Shown here: piece by piece, positions 39,718 to 49,209 of the stretch
How positions within the stretch are numbered: position 1 is the first letter of the stretch
How the letters are laid out: each line of letters starts with the position of its first letter
Sequence record: MT500539.1
Reading direction: 5' to 3' (one strand)
DNA from: Salmonella virus STSR3
DNA: 49,209 nucleotides
Translations under genes and position numbers: made by a program
The notes under the pieces: model-generated
What the model saw: the letters and a program-made list of their open reading frames with translations, nothing else
Told to the model about the DNA's origin: nothing
Databases searched by the model: none

Positions 39718-40226
39718 ATGGCACAGATTAACGCATCTTACGCAGATGCAATGGCTTACGCACTGCCCGCCGGTTTCTGACACTTCCGCTTATAACATTG
39801 ATGGCGCTTGCGTAGATGATCAGGCGGCGGCGGTTATTAAACCGGGCTACGCGGTAACTGTTAAATCGGTTGATACGGAAGGCCACAAAGTTATTCAGGC
39901 GCTGGGTGCTAAAGCTTACGGTGTTGCCATTCGCTCTCACGCTTACACTGAAAACGTAAATGGCGAAATGGTTTACGTTCAGGGCGGTGGCATTAACGTA
40001 ATGACTCATGGGCGCGTTTGGATCGTAACTAAAGACGACGCAGCGCAGACCTTTGACACTCAAGTTAAGCTTACCGCAGCAGGTGAAGCAGACGCGGCAG
40101 GCGGTACGGTTTCGACTGGCTGGACTTACACCGGACAGTTTACCACCGGGCGAAGGTAGCGCCGCTGTAAATCTGGCGGAAATCCAGATTACGCAGAATG
40201 CGCCGATTCCGGCAGCAGCATAATAA
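39718..40226 (+). CDS. Head structural/decoration protein candidate, frameshifted
   Basis: DTSAYNIDGACVDDQAAAVIKPGYAVTVKSVDTEGHKVIQALGAKAYGVAIRSHAYTENVNGEMVYVQGGGINVMTHGRVWI. Confidence 0.6.
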
Positions 40227-40228
40227 TA

Positions 40229-40248
40229 AAGCGCCTCAAGGGCGCTTT
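40229..40248 (+). terminator. Hairpin AAGCGCC-tcaag-GGCGCTTTT
   Basis: GC stem plus T run. Confidence 0.7.
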
Positions 40249-40263
40249 TCTATTGAGTGACAC

Positions 40264-40690
40264 ATGGATTACAGGCCGATTGATTTTAGCCCTTGTCCCG
40301 GTAATTTGCAGGACTCGACAACTTACACCATTAACGGGACGTGCTACGCGGTTAATGATTTGCGCCCCGGTGAAATAGTTAGCGTGACTGAAACCAATCA
40401 GAGATATAAGGGCATTGGCAAATTTAACGGCAAGCCTTTTGGTGTTGTGTTTCTCGATAATTGCAATTATCAGGAAGGTGATCCGATTCCAGTAGTATCA
40501 AAAGGTAAGGTTTTTGCATTAACGAGAATGCAGGAACAGCCGGAACCGTTACAACAGGTTTTGTTGACGATGAAGGGCTTGCGTCTCCTGGTTCAATCTT
40601 CGATCGCTGTTTATTCACCGGAACGTTTTACAGGGTCAATTATGATACTTCTATCGTTGGCATTCAGTTACCATAAAAAGGCTACGTTTA
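40264..40690 (+). CDS. Second head structural-like protein (paralogous in style to 39718-40226)
   Basis: MDYRPIDFSPCPGNLQDSTTYTINGTCYAVNDLRPGEIVSVTETNQRYKGIGKFNGKPFGVVFLDNCNYQEGDPIPVVSKGKVFAL. Confidence 0.55.
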
Positions 40691-40743
40691 ACAAAAATGC
40701 TATATTAAAGCCGTTATGTCGGCTTTTAAATAGGGAATATATT

Positions 40744-41705
40744 ATGTCCAAAGAAAAGAAAAGTTTGACGAATTTGAAGCTGGCGTTGTTGGCTCTCAGT
40801 TGCAGAGCGTAGGGATGCGCAAAGAAGACGCTGTTACCGCTGGCATCTGGACGGCTCAGGAACTGCATAAGATCAAATCTATTGCTTATGAAAAGAGTAT
40901 CCGCCGGGCTCCGCACTGCGAATCTTTCCAGCTAACGAGCTTTCTGATACCGATAAAACTTTTGAATACCGTGTATTCGATAAAGTTGGTCTGGCTCAGA
41001 TTATCGCAGACTATACCGACGACCTGCCGACTGTTGACGCGTTTCTGCCTTCTGAGTTTGGTAAAGTGTTCCGCTTGGGTAATGCTTTCCGGATCTCCAT
41101 TGACGAGATCAAGGCTGGCGCTAGAACTGGTAAATCGCTGTCTACTCGCAAAGCTAACGCCGCGCAACTGGCACACGATCAGCTTGTGAACAAACTGGTG
41201 TTCAAGGGTTCAAAGCCGCACAAAATTCCGAGCGTGTTTGAGCATCCGAACATCACGAAGATTGTTTCTGCTAAGATGGATGGAGCAACCAAAAGCCGGA
41301 AACCGCACAGGATGAACTGGAGAAAGCAATCGAGACGATTGAGACTCAGACTAACGGGATGCACCGCGCAACTCACATTCTCCCGCCGTCTCGTAAAGTT
41401 CTTTCCGTCCGTCCGGAAACCACTGAAAGCTATCTGCAATACTTCCAGAAACAGAATGCTGGCATTACCTTTGAGGCGGTTTCTGAACTGGAAAATTACG
41501 ATGGCGCAGGTAATAAAGCCGTACTGGTTTACGAAAAAGATCCGAACAGCATTGAAATTCCAGAAGCGTTTAACATGCTTCCGGCTCAGGCTAAAGATCT
41601 GCATTTCAAGATTCCGTGTACGTCTAACACTGGCTCCATCTATCGCCCGTCCCTTGTGTTCACTGGCGATCAGGAATCCCTTACGGGGTTCCCTTTTATT
41701 TACAG
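40744..41705 (+). CDS. Major capsid protein (DUF2184-like), frameshifted
   Basis: LPTVDAFLPSEFGKVFRLGNAFRISIDEIKAGARTGKSLSTRKANAAQLAHDQLVNKLVFKG...NAGITFEAVSELENYDGAGNKAVLVYEKDPNSIEIPEAFNMLPAQ. Confidence 0.8.
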
Positions 41706-41716
41706 GAGAAATCAAA

Positions 41717-41970
41717 ATGGCAGCAGCAAAAAATCATCATAAACACTGGCCTTTGTATGTTTTTCAACGGCGTTACCGGAGATGAGCATGAAATCGCAGA
41801 GAAAGATCTTAAACTGCCCGGCATTGAATCGTCTATTGCTCGCGGCGAGTTAAAAGTTAAAACGATGAAGATCTCAACGAAGCAGTTGTTGAGCGATCGG
41901 CAAAGAAAAGAAAAAGATCCTGACGATGGCAAGACTATCAAAGAGCTTGAGGACGGCGGTGTATACGAAA
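41717..41970 (+). CDS. Small head-region protein, frameshifted
   Basis: MAAAK.. then FFNGVTGDEHEIAEKDLKLPGIESSIARGELKVKTMKISTKQLLSDRQRKEKDPDDGKTIKELEDGG. Confidence 0.5.
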
Positions 41971-41973
41971 ATA

Positions 41974-41996
41974 AAAGGCGCTTAATGCGCCTTTTT
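41974..41996 (+). terminator. Terminator AAAGGCGC-ttaat-GCGCCTTTTT
   Basis: GC stem plus T run. Confidence 0.8.
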
Positions 41997-42008
41997 ATTG
42001 GAGGTTAC

Positions 42009-42420
42009 TATGAATGAGATTATGGAGCAGATTTATAAACTTGCCCCAGCATTTAAGAAAGTAGATCCGGCACTGCTTGAAGCATGGATTGAGCTAGCGG
42101 AGGATTTTGTTTGCCGCGATCGATTTGGCGATAAATATAATCGCGCCGTTGCATTATACACGCTTCATTTAATGACTTTGGACGGGGCGATGAAAAGCGA
42201 AAAGAAAGCGTGGCGGCATATTCTCAACGAATCGCATCGTTTTCCTGACTGGATTTTCCCAAACGTTTCGTGTCGCCTCAAGCGGAAATATGTTGCGACA
42301 AACACCATTCGGAAAAATGTAATTGCTAAACAAGAAGAAAGGCGGCGGATTTGGCCTTACTACTGGATTGCGGCGGAGGTGTTGCTAGATTACAATTACA
42401 TTTCACAAATGGCTACCGAT
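42009..42420 (+). CDS. DUF4054-like head-tail connector
   Basis: MNEIMEQIYKLAPAFKKVDPALLEAWIELAEDFVCRDRFGDKYNRAVALYTLHLMTLDG. Confidence 0.65.
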
Positions 42421-42732
42421 GGGATCGCGTTTTTCAGTGATGATAACGGTGATTTTGAATGCATAACGCAACAGGGAAGCGTTGAGATCGTGAACGGGGT
42501 TGAGGTTGAAAACCGGAAATTAAGACCACTATTCACGGCCTTGTACGCGCACCACGGACACGAGAAATTGACGGTGATCGAATCATCGCAACTGATAAGT
42601 GCGTTTTTAACAACGCTGAGCTTAAAACGGATATCACGTTATCATTGGGCGATACATTATCAAGGAGACACCAATCAGGCCAACAGGCACAACGGTAGCA
42701 TATCGCCCGATTATGCGGAGGGTTGCTGTTCA

Positions 42733-43157
42733 TGTCTAACTATTCGATCCGACAGTTTCACGGAAACGTTGATAAGTGGATTGATAGCATGGAGCAAGGG
42801 CTTGATGATGTGATTCAGATTTTCGGTGAAAAGGTTCACGGCGCACTTGTTGAACTTGCACCAGTAGACACCGGACGATTTCGCGGGAACATGCAGATCA
42901 CAGCAAACAAGCCACCGCTTTACGCTCTCAATCAATACGACAAAGACGGTGAAAAACAAAGGCAGAAGGAAGGCGCACATTATACGCCTTGCTTCATGGA
43001 GGTGGAGCAATCCACTCTCTTTATTTCTCCAATATGCTTATTTACGCTAACGCGCTTGAGTACGGTCATTCGCCGCAAGCACCAGCAGGTGTATTCGGCA
43101 TTGTTGCGATCCGTCTACGTTCGTATATGGCTCAGTCAATTAAAGAGGCGAAAATGA
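42733..43157 (+). CDS. HK97 gp10-like head-tail joining protein, frameshifted
   Basis: MSNYSIRQFHGNVDKWIDSMEQGLDDVIQIFGEKVHGALVELAPVDTGRFRGNMQITANKPP + YANALEYGHSPQAPAGVFGIVAIRL. Confidence 0.75.
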
Positions 43158-43160
43158 AAA

Positions 43161-43556
43161 ATGCACTATGGATTATCTGTTGCCGCTCGCGTGGCATTAG
43201 CCGAACAATTCGGCAAGGCTTATCCGATCCAATATGAAAACGTTGATTTCGTTCCTCCTGTAAATGGTGGTTTATATCTTAAATATGATTACATTGATTC
43301 TGACACTGAATTTTTATCACTGGATCGCAAATGCAAATCATATATAGGAATGGTTCAAATTGGCGTTGTGTTTCCGCCCGGATCTGGAACTGATAAAGCG
43401 AGGCTGGTTGCAAAAGATATTGCCGATTTCTTTGAGGATGGTAAAATGCTTTCGACTGGCTATATTTATGAGGGTGCGATTACGCACAGATTACAAAAAT
43501 CAGAAACGGGGTGGTTTTATCCTGTTCGTTTCTACGTTCGTTTTGATGGTAAATAA
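43161..43556 (+). CDS. Tail terminator/DUF4128-like protein
   Basis: ALAEQFGKAYPIQYENVDFVPPVNGGLYLKYDYIDSDTEFLSLDRKCKSYIGMVQIGVVFPPGSGTDKARLVAKDIADFF. Confidence 0.7.
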   Translation: MHYGLSVAARVALAEQFGKAYPIQYENVDFVPPVNGGLYLKYDYIDSDTEFLSLDRKCKSYIGMVQIGVVFPPGSGTDKARLVAKDIADFFEDGKMLSTGYIYEGAITHRLQKSETGWFYPVRFYVRFDGK

Positions 43557-43567
43557 AGGGGCATAAT

Positions 43568-44226
43568 ATGCACTTACCGAATGGATCGCAAATTTTCGTC
43601 GAGAACATGCGCGGCGAAGAGAAAGTGACGGCAATCACCAACGCAACTAAACCAGTATTTACTGTTGCCGCTGGTGGCACTGACTTTGCAAAAGGTGATT
43701 ATATTATTGTCACCGCCGCAAGCTGGGGTAAGATGATTGATCGCGTTCTGCGTGTTACCGAATCGCAGGAAACTAGCGTTACTGTTGAAGGTATCGACAC
43801 CAGTGACACAAACGTATTTCCGGCTGGAAACGTAACCGCGACTTTTGCAAAAATTACTGGCTGGACTGAGATCCCGTGTGTGCAAGACTTGGGGCAGGAC
43901 GGCGGCGAGCAACAGTATTACACTTATCAGTGTTTGAGCGACGACCGGAGCAGCAGTTACCGACTTATAAGAGCGCGGTTTCTCTCACCTACTCTTTCGC
44001 GCACGAATACGATAACCCGATTTATCCGCTGTTGCGTAAAGCTGACGAATCCGGCGATGTTCGCGCGTTGCGCATGTACGTACCGAAAGCGAAAGAAATG
44101 CGTTGCTGGGCTGGTGTTCTTTCTTTCAACGAGATCCCACAGACCGCAGTTAACGAAATGGAAACTGTTTCTCTGTCTGTATCTCTGAAAGGGCGTTTCA
44201 CCTTCCTTCCGGCTTCCGTAGAGTAA
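43568..44226 (+). CDS. Major tail tube protein, one frameshift near 43910
   Basis: MHLPNGSQIFVENMRGEEKVTAITNATKPVFTVAAGGTDFAKGDYIIVTAASWGKMIDRVLRV... + SFAHEYDNPIYPLLRKADESGDVRALRMYVPKAKEMRCWAGVLSFNEIPQTAVNEMETVSLSVSLKGRFT. Confidence 0.8.
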
Positions 44227-44298
44227 CAAACAAGGGGCGCATTGCGTCCCTTTTTATTTGTGTAATATCAAGCAAGTTTCAAACAGGAGAATAAAACA

Positions 44299-44655
44299 AT
44301 GGCTAAAATGAAATTGAAAACTGTTAAGCGTCTGCCTGACTTCTGGCTTCCGGTTGAGTTTGTATTGCCAGACGGCAACGTAGCAGAATTTAAATTTAAA
44401 GTTAAACATCACACTTCCGACGAACTGAAAGAAATCACCGGACGCGAGCAAGACGATATCGAATTCATTCTAGCCATCGCTACTGGCTGGGATCTTGAAG
44501 ATGAATTTAATATCGAAAATGTTTCCGATCTCGTTAAAACTTATCCGGCGGCGGTGCTTGCGCTGATGGGTAACTACATGAAAGCGCTGGTTGGTCAACG
44601 CGTAAAAACTAAAACGGGCGGTTTACCTGTATTACCAGAAGCCGCCCACAGATGA
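44299..44655 (+). CDS. Tail assembly chaperone (lambda gpG-like)
   Basis: MAKMKLKTVKRLPDFWLPVEFVLPDGNVAEFKFKVKHHTSDELKEITGREQDDIEFILAIATGWDLEDEF... Confidence 0.75.
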   Translation: MAKMKLKTVKRLPDFWLPVEFVLPDGNVAEFKFKVKHHTSDELKEITGREQDDIEFILAIATGWDLEDEFNIENVSDLVKTYPAAVLALMGNYMKALVGQRVKTKTGGLPVLPEAAHR

Positions 44656-44965
44656 AGAATTACGTTCTGTTGGCCTGACGCGAGAAGACTATGACGGAGA
44701 AGAACCGCCAGAAGTTATCTTTGATGAAAGCATGGCTCAATCGTGGGACGTGTTCTGTGCGATGGGTACGCAATGGCGATCCGCTGGCATGGGCGCTTAT
44801 GGCCTTGATTATAATGTTTTGCCTATGCTATTCAGAATCTATAAAATAGACGACGAAGAAGCGGCGTTAAATGACTTGCGAATCATGGAATCAAAAGCAC
44901 TTGAAATGATGCAAGCAAATAACAAACCCCTTTTAGGGCTTTTTATTGAGGTAATTTATGGCTGA
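44656..44965 (+). CDS. Frameshift extension of tail assembly chaperone (lambda gpT-like)
   Basis: PPTDEELRSVGLTREDYDGEEPPEVIFDESMAQSWDVFCAMGTQWRSAGMGAYGLDYNVLPMLFRIYKIDDEEAALNDLRIMESKALEMM, no own start, shifted frame. Confidence 0.7.
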
Positions 44966-47900
44966 ACAATTCGCCGGATTGACGCTAGGCGTTGATATCA
45001 ATCAGGTAAATAAAGCCGTTAAATCATTGCAGGAATTCAAGAAAGCAAATGATGATGCGGCGAGCGGCGTTAAAATTTTGAAGAAAGCGCTACTGTTGCT
45101 CGTCAAACAAAACAAATGGCTGGCAACCAAAACAGGCAGAAGGGTACGATCAGATAAAGGACGCAATTCCAACGTCAAATGCGCGAGCTTATCAAGATCT
45201 CAAAAGACCTTGATAACTTATGGCAGAAGGAGTTATTCCCAAGCTGAACAATTCGCCGGATTGACGCTAGGCGTTGATATCAATCAGGTAAATAAAGCCG
45301 TTAAATCATTGCAGGAATTCAAGAAAGCAAATGATGATGCGGCGAGCGGCGTTAAAATTTTGAAGAAAGCGCTACTGTTGCTCGTCAAACAAAACAAATG
45401 GCTGGCAACCAAAACAGGCAGAAGGGTACGATCAGATAAAGGACGCAATTCCAACGTCAAATGCGCGAGCTTATCAAGATCTCAAAAGACCTTGATAACT
45501 TATGGCAGAAGGAGTTATTCCCAATGAATTTTTGAATTAAGCGGAATCGATACTCAGATCACTAAGCTTAATCTTTCAAAGAAAGCATTAACGGAAGAAG
45601 GCCGCGCAGCACTTGAGGAATCACGCGCAAAAGAGAGAGCGGCGACGATTGGAAAAACTTCCTTGCAGATCTGCAAGCACAAGCAAATGCGCTTGGAAAA
45701 ACTAAATCTGAACTGGAAAAAGCGGCTCAATTAGGTGTTACAGCACAGGCCGCGCCATTCATCGCGCAACTGAAAGCGCAAGAGAAACAGTTGAAAACTG
45801 GAATCAGCGCTGGACAATACAACCGTGCGCGTATGCTTCCGGCTCAGATCACTGACGTTGTAACTTCTCTCGCTTCCGGTATGCCTGTATGGTTGGTTGC
45901 AATTCAGCAGGGCGGTCAGATTAAGGATTCTTTCGGCGGTATCGGTAATTCACTGCGAGCGCTTAAATCTTTGATTACACCTGCCAGACTTGGGATCGCT
46001 GGTATTGCTGGCGCGATGGGCGCACTTGTAAAGGCAAGTTGGGACGCTTACGCATCGCAGAGGATTAGAATGCGCTTATTCCTGGTAACGCGGATCACGG
46101 CGACAAGTTTATTAATTCGCGCAGTATCGCAGAGGCTAACACAACAGTCGGAACTGCTCAGGAGGCGATACTTTCAATCGTCAAAACTGGCGAATTCTCA
46201 GCTAACCAGATCCAGAAAGTTGCAAAGTCAACGCAACAGCTTTCCTCTTCTGGTAAATCTATCGATGAGGCGGCTGGAGCATTTGAACGGCCAGAAGATC
46301 CGATTGAAGGTCTGTAACTCAATCAGGTTCGTTTCCGAGGATGGTCAGTTAACACTCATCTCAATCAGGAAAACAGAAGGAGAGGCGGCGGCGCTAGACA
46401 AGGCTTTACAGCTTGCGGCGGAAGGGCAGAATGCGCATCAGATCTCTGCACCGCTACAGAGATGGAATATTAAAACGTGGGCTTCCGAGGCGTGGCAAAC
46501 GGTAGGCATTTACACCAATACGGCTCTACTTGGAACCATTGACACGGTTAAGAATGTCATTGCGGCTATCAAGAATCTGATCTCACAGGCTGACGCAAGC
46601 ATTTTCGGATTTATGGCTGATATGGCTGATCGAGTAAACAAGGTTAACGAAAACTTGGGGATCAGCTTCCGCATTGATGAAAATGGAGAATGGAGAAAGG
46701 GACAACAGGAGGCACTAAAATTGCTCAGGAAACAGCCGGAGCATATGACGGACTCAAAAACATGGGGAGAGTATGAAGCGGAGGTTAGAAAAGGCTATGA
46801 GGTTCAGAGGAATGAAAGCCCGGCTACTAACGCACAACTCAGAAAAGAGAAGAAAGCAATCCGGGATCGCAACAGGGAAGCAAGCAAGAAAACGCCAGCC
46901 TATCGAGTTGATGCGGGAACGAAAGCGCAAGAGCAATATCAGCGTGAAATTCTGTCATTGCAAACAGAGCTTAAAGTTTTGCAGGATCACAAAACTGTAA
47001 ACGATAAGATCTCAGCGCAACGGAAACAGCTATTCACGATTGAAGCGCAACATGCGATCTTGATTGAGGCATCCAAAAACGCCAGTCGGAAGATGAGAAA
47101 TCGCTTGCCAACTATGACAAAACGCATGAGCTTGCAAAACAGAAAGCCGAGTGCGATCAGATTGAAACTCAGAAGCGTAATGCACAGGACAAAGCGACTA
47201 AATTCATTCAAGAGCAGGACGCAGCACAAGCGCTTGATGCTCAAAAGCAAGGAAGCGAAGATTTTCAGCGCGAACAGGCAAGGCAGAAATTCGCTGATTG
47301 GTTGTCTCAGGGTGGACAGGCTTCCGACGCAAGACAGGAGCAGTGCAAACTTAACGAGGTTTATGCTAAACAGGACGAATGCACCGTTGCAGGCAAAACA
47401 GCAATGTCTAACTGGTTGGAGTCAGCTACGGAAGGCGCTCAGTTTGGTAACGTCACGGCGGCGCTTGATGGTGTTAGTGATCAGTTTGTTGACCTGTGCA
47501 CTGGTAAAGCTAGCTTTAAAGATTTTGCAAACTCAATCATTAAGATTTTACAGATCACTAAGCTATCCACTTACGCTATTCAAGCTGCCATGGGCTGGGT
47601 TGGTGCTGGTTCTGGCGGAGGGTTTGCCGGAGGGTTCCGGGGTAGGCTTTGCGACTGGCGGCTATACTGGCGATGGTGGAAAATACGATCCGGCTGGTGT
47701 GGTTCACAAGGGAGAATTTGTAATGACAAAGGAGGCAACAAAGCGGATCGGAGTAGACCTTTACAAGATGATGAGGGATACGCAAACGGCGGTTATGTTG
47801 GCGGAGGCTCTCAGTCTGGCGGAGGAGTTGGATCAGCGCCATGCATTGGAAATATTAGCGTTGACGACAACGGTTCAGATCCGAAAGGGCTTACAAACGG

Positions 47901-48012
47901 CGTTAAGGCAATTGCGGAAGAACACAAGTGTTTCTCTCAGGGTGGGCGCGGTTATGAGTTTGTGGAGCGCACTAACAAGTATAAGCCCCAGCAATGGGGC
48001 TTTTATGTGTAA
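44958..48012 (+). CDS. Tail tape measure protein (lambda gpH-like), frameshifted, N-terminus duplicated
   Basis: MAEQFAGLTLGVDINQVNKAVKSLQEFKKANDDA..., central coiled-coil, C-term GFATGGYTGDGGKYDPAGVVHKGEFVMTKEATKRIGVDLYKMM. Confidence 0.85.
44961..45524 (+). repeat. Two tandem 282 bp (94 aa) copies within tape measure N-terminus
   Basis: 'gctgaacaattcgccggattgacgctaggc' starts at 44961 and 45243; both units read the same up to 'ggagttattcccaa'. Confidence 0.95.
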
Positions 48013-48352
48013 TAACTTTATGGTGTACGCAATTGCAATCAAGCGGCGGTGGAATGGTAACAACAGATATAAGATTGGTTTCTTTCGGATCCGGATAGCA
48101 AGTAGCAAGTTCTGGATTTACCACACGCCGAGAGTTTGCGATCGTATATGCTGGCCTCTACCGGAAGTTTATAAATTCTTAAACTCTCATTTAACAACGC
48201 CGTTTATATGGCAAACAACGCAGGGGATTGATTGTTTATTGAGCAAAATTCCATTACAACTCCTATTAGTTCAACCGTTCAGGAAGTCAAAGCAACTTTC
48301 AGAGAACAGTTTACTTCCGCAGGTGTTCCACCAATTACGCGAGGTTTATAAG
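48008..48352 (+). CDS. Minor tail protein, lambda gpM-like, frameshifted (right copy)
   Basis: TDIRLVSFGSG..QVASSGFTTRREFAIVYAGL... TTPFIWQTTQGIDCLLSK... ending EQFTSAGVPPITRGL*. Confidence 0.7.
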
Positions 48353-49018
48353 ATGGCTTCATTTGAAAACTGTCTACAAAGTCTTTACCACGAGAAATCA
48401 CGCTCGAAGTCGATGCAACTCGTTTCGGCGGTCAGATTTACCGTATGCATTCAGAGAATGTTAAATACACGCCAGAGGAATTATAGGCTCAATCAACTGG
48501 TGTACTTCCGCCGAAAGATATCGCTTTCCGTGAAGTTTTTGGCGCTCGACCTTTTGGCATTTCAGGATCGGCTTTACTGGCGGAGCAGAAAACCAAAGCT
48601 GACATTATCGAATCTGGACAGAATCAGCGCAATCCGATCCTATGGTCAAGCGAAGGTCACAATCTGGGTTACGGCTACAAGCTTGGATTCAGGAAACGTC
48701 GCCGATGGCGCTTACAGAAAGCTTATTTATTATGTGCGTCCAAGCACGAAAACGATCGCAGAGTTCGAGCTTACAAGCCCTTACGATATGGATGGAATTA
48801 TGATTCCGGCGCGAGTAACTCAGAGCGTTTGTTATTGGGCGCAAAGGAATTGGTATCGAAGCGGGAAGGGTTGCGGCTATGGCAATCGTATGTTCGAAGA
48901 CAACAAGCCAGTATCCGATCCGTCATTGGATTATTGCGCGGGAACAGTTACGGCGTGATTGCGTTTCGGAGAAAACCCGCTTTTTGGCGGGCGGCTGTTG
49001 CAAGCCTTGGGAGAAATC
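48353..49018 (+). CDS. Minor tail protein, lambda gpL-like (right copy, single C-terminal unit), frameshifted
   Basis: MASFENCLQSLYHE...; one copy of the cysteine-containing 82 aa segment. Confidence 0.75.
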
Positions 49019-49020
49019 AA

Positions 49021-49209
49021 TGTTACAGGCAAAGAAACTTGAAATCATGCGCCACACTCAGGAGGGTTTCCCTCTTGAGATTTGCGGAGTGGCGCAGAAG
49101 TCACGCGTTCAAAAATATCACAGGATCACTAACGTGCATCCAGATCCAGAAAATCACTTTGAAATGGATGCATCAGAATACACACAGGCGCTTGATAGCG
49201 GCGAGTTAA
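49021..49209 (+). CDS. gpK-like tail assembly protein, partial duplicate of 1737-1932
   Basis: MLQAKK.LEIMRHTQEGFPLEICGV.AQKSRVQKYHRITNVHPDPENHFEMDASEYTQALDSGEL. Confidence 0.8.
   Translation, partial: CYRQRNLKSCATLRRVSLLRFAEWRRSHAFKNITGSLTCIQIQKITLKWMHQNTHRRLIAAS

Larger units (their letters stand above)
48058..49209 (+). repeat. Terminal redundancy: repeats about 250-1932 of the window
   Basis: Continuous similarity from 'cagatat.agattggtttctttcggatccggat' to '...cttgatagcggcgagttaa' (1932). Confidence 0.95.

Noticed and set aside
45791-48958. Single 1055 aa ORF spanning tape measure into gpL
   Set aside because: It crosses gene boundaries by frame hopping; conserved tape measure end and gpM/gpL starts lie in other frames.
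1-49209. CRISPR array or other short direct-repeat/spacer structure
   Set aside because: Only long tandem duplications (246 and 282 bp units) and dispersed promoter-like elements were seen; no regular repeat-spacer pattern.
1-49209. Integrase, transposase or lysogeny module
   Set aside because: No recognisable recombinase or CI-type repressor protein; gene order is that of an obligately lytic T1-like phage.
1-49209. tRNA genes
   Set aside because: No cloverleaf-compatible sequence with GGTTCNANNCC T-arm and matching acceptor stem was noticed by eye; a tRNAscan-SE run would be needed to exclude them.

Overview
This 49.2 kb window reads as an almost complete, strictly phage, circularly permuted contig of a T1-like siphovirus (Drexlerviridae-like gene order; family call inferred from order and protein motifs, not from a search). 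Layout: minor tail M/L/K/I and central fibre J (about 0.25-6.6 kb, +); small minus-strand tail-associated gene and Cor-like lipoprotein (6.7-7.6 kb); exonuclease, Erf annealing protein and SSB (8.1-10.2 kb, +); minus-strand tail fibre and Zn-ribbon primase (10.2-13.6 kb); helicase, VRR-NUC, Dam-like methylase, metallophosphatase, holin, SAR-like endolysin, u-spanin-like lipoprotein (14.1-20.3 kb, +); minus-strand block with DUF3987-type replication protein and cytosine-methylase-like protein (20.3-26.3 kb); small early ORF nursery (27.1-34.7 kb, +); terminase, portal, head, capsid, tail tube, tape measure (34.7-48 kb, +). The right end (about 48058-49209) repeats the left end (about 250-1932), and bases 1-242 repeat 40507-40741. 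Many conserved genes are broken by small indels, so the sequence looks like an incompletely polished long-read assembly. The most interesting signal is a dispersed element, consensus roughly AATAGCACNAATTGCTAAAAC, found at least ten times on both strands upstream of genes, usually 20-22 nt upstream of a -10-like hexamer that often sits in or beside a terminator-like hairpin. This looks like a phage-wide promoter/operator module with an activator-type site in place of a -35 box. Other items: a 3x246 bp in-frame repeat in gpL present only once in the other copy, an exact 2x282 bp duplication in the tape measure N-terminus, and a deletion-like junction at the left end.
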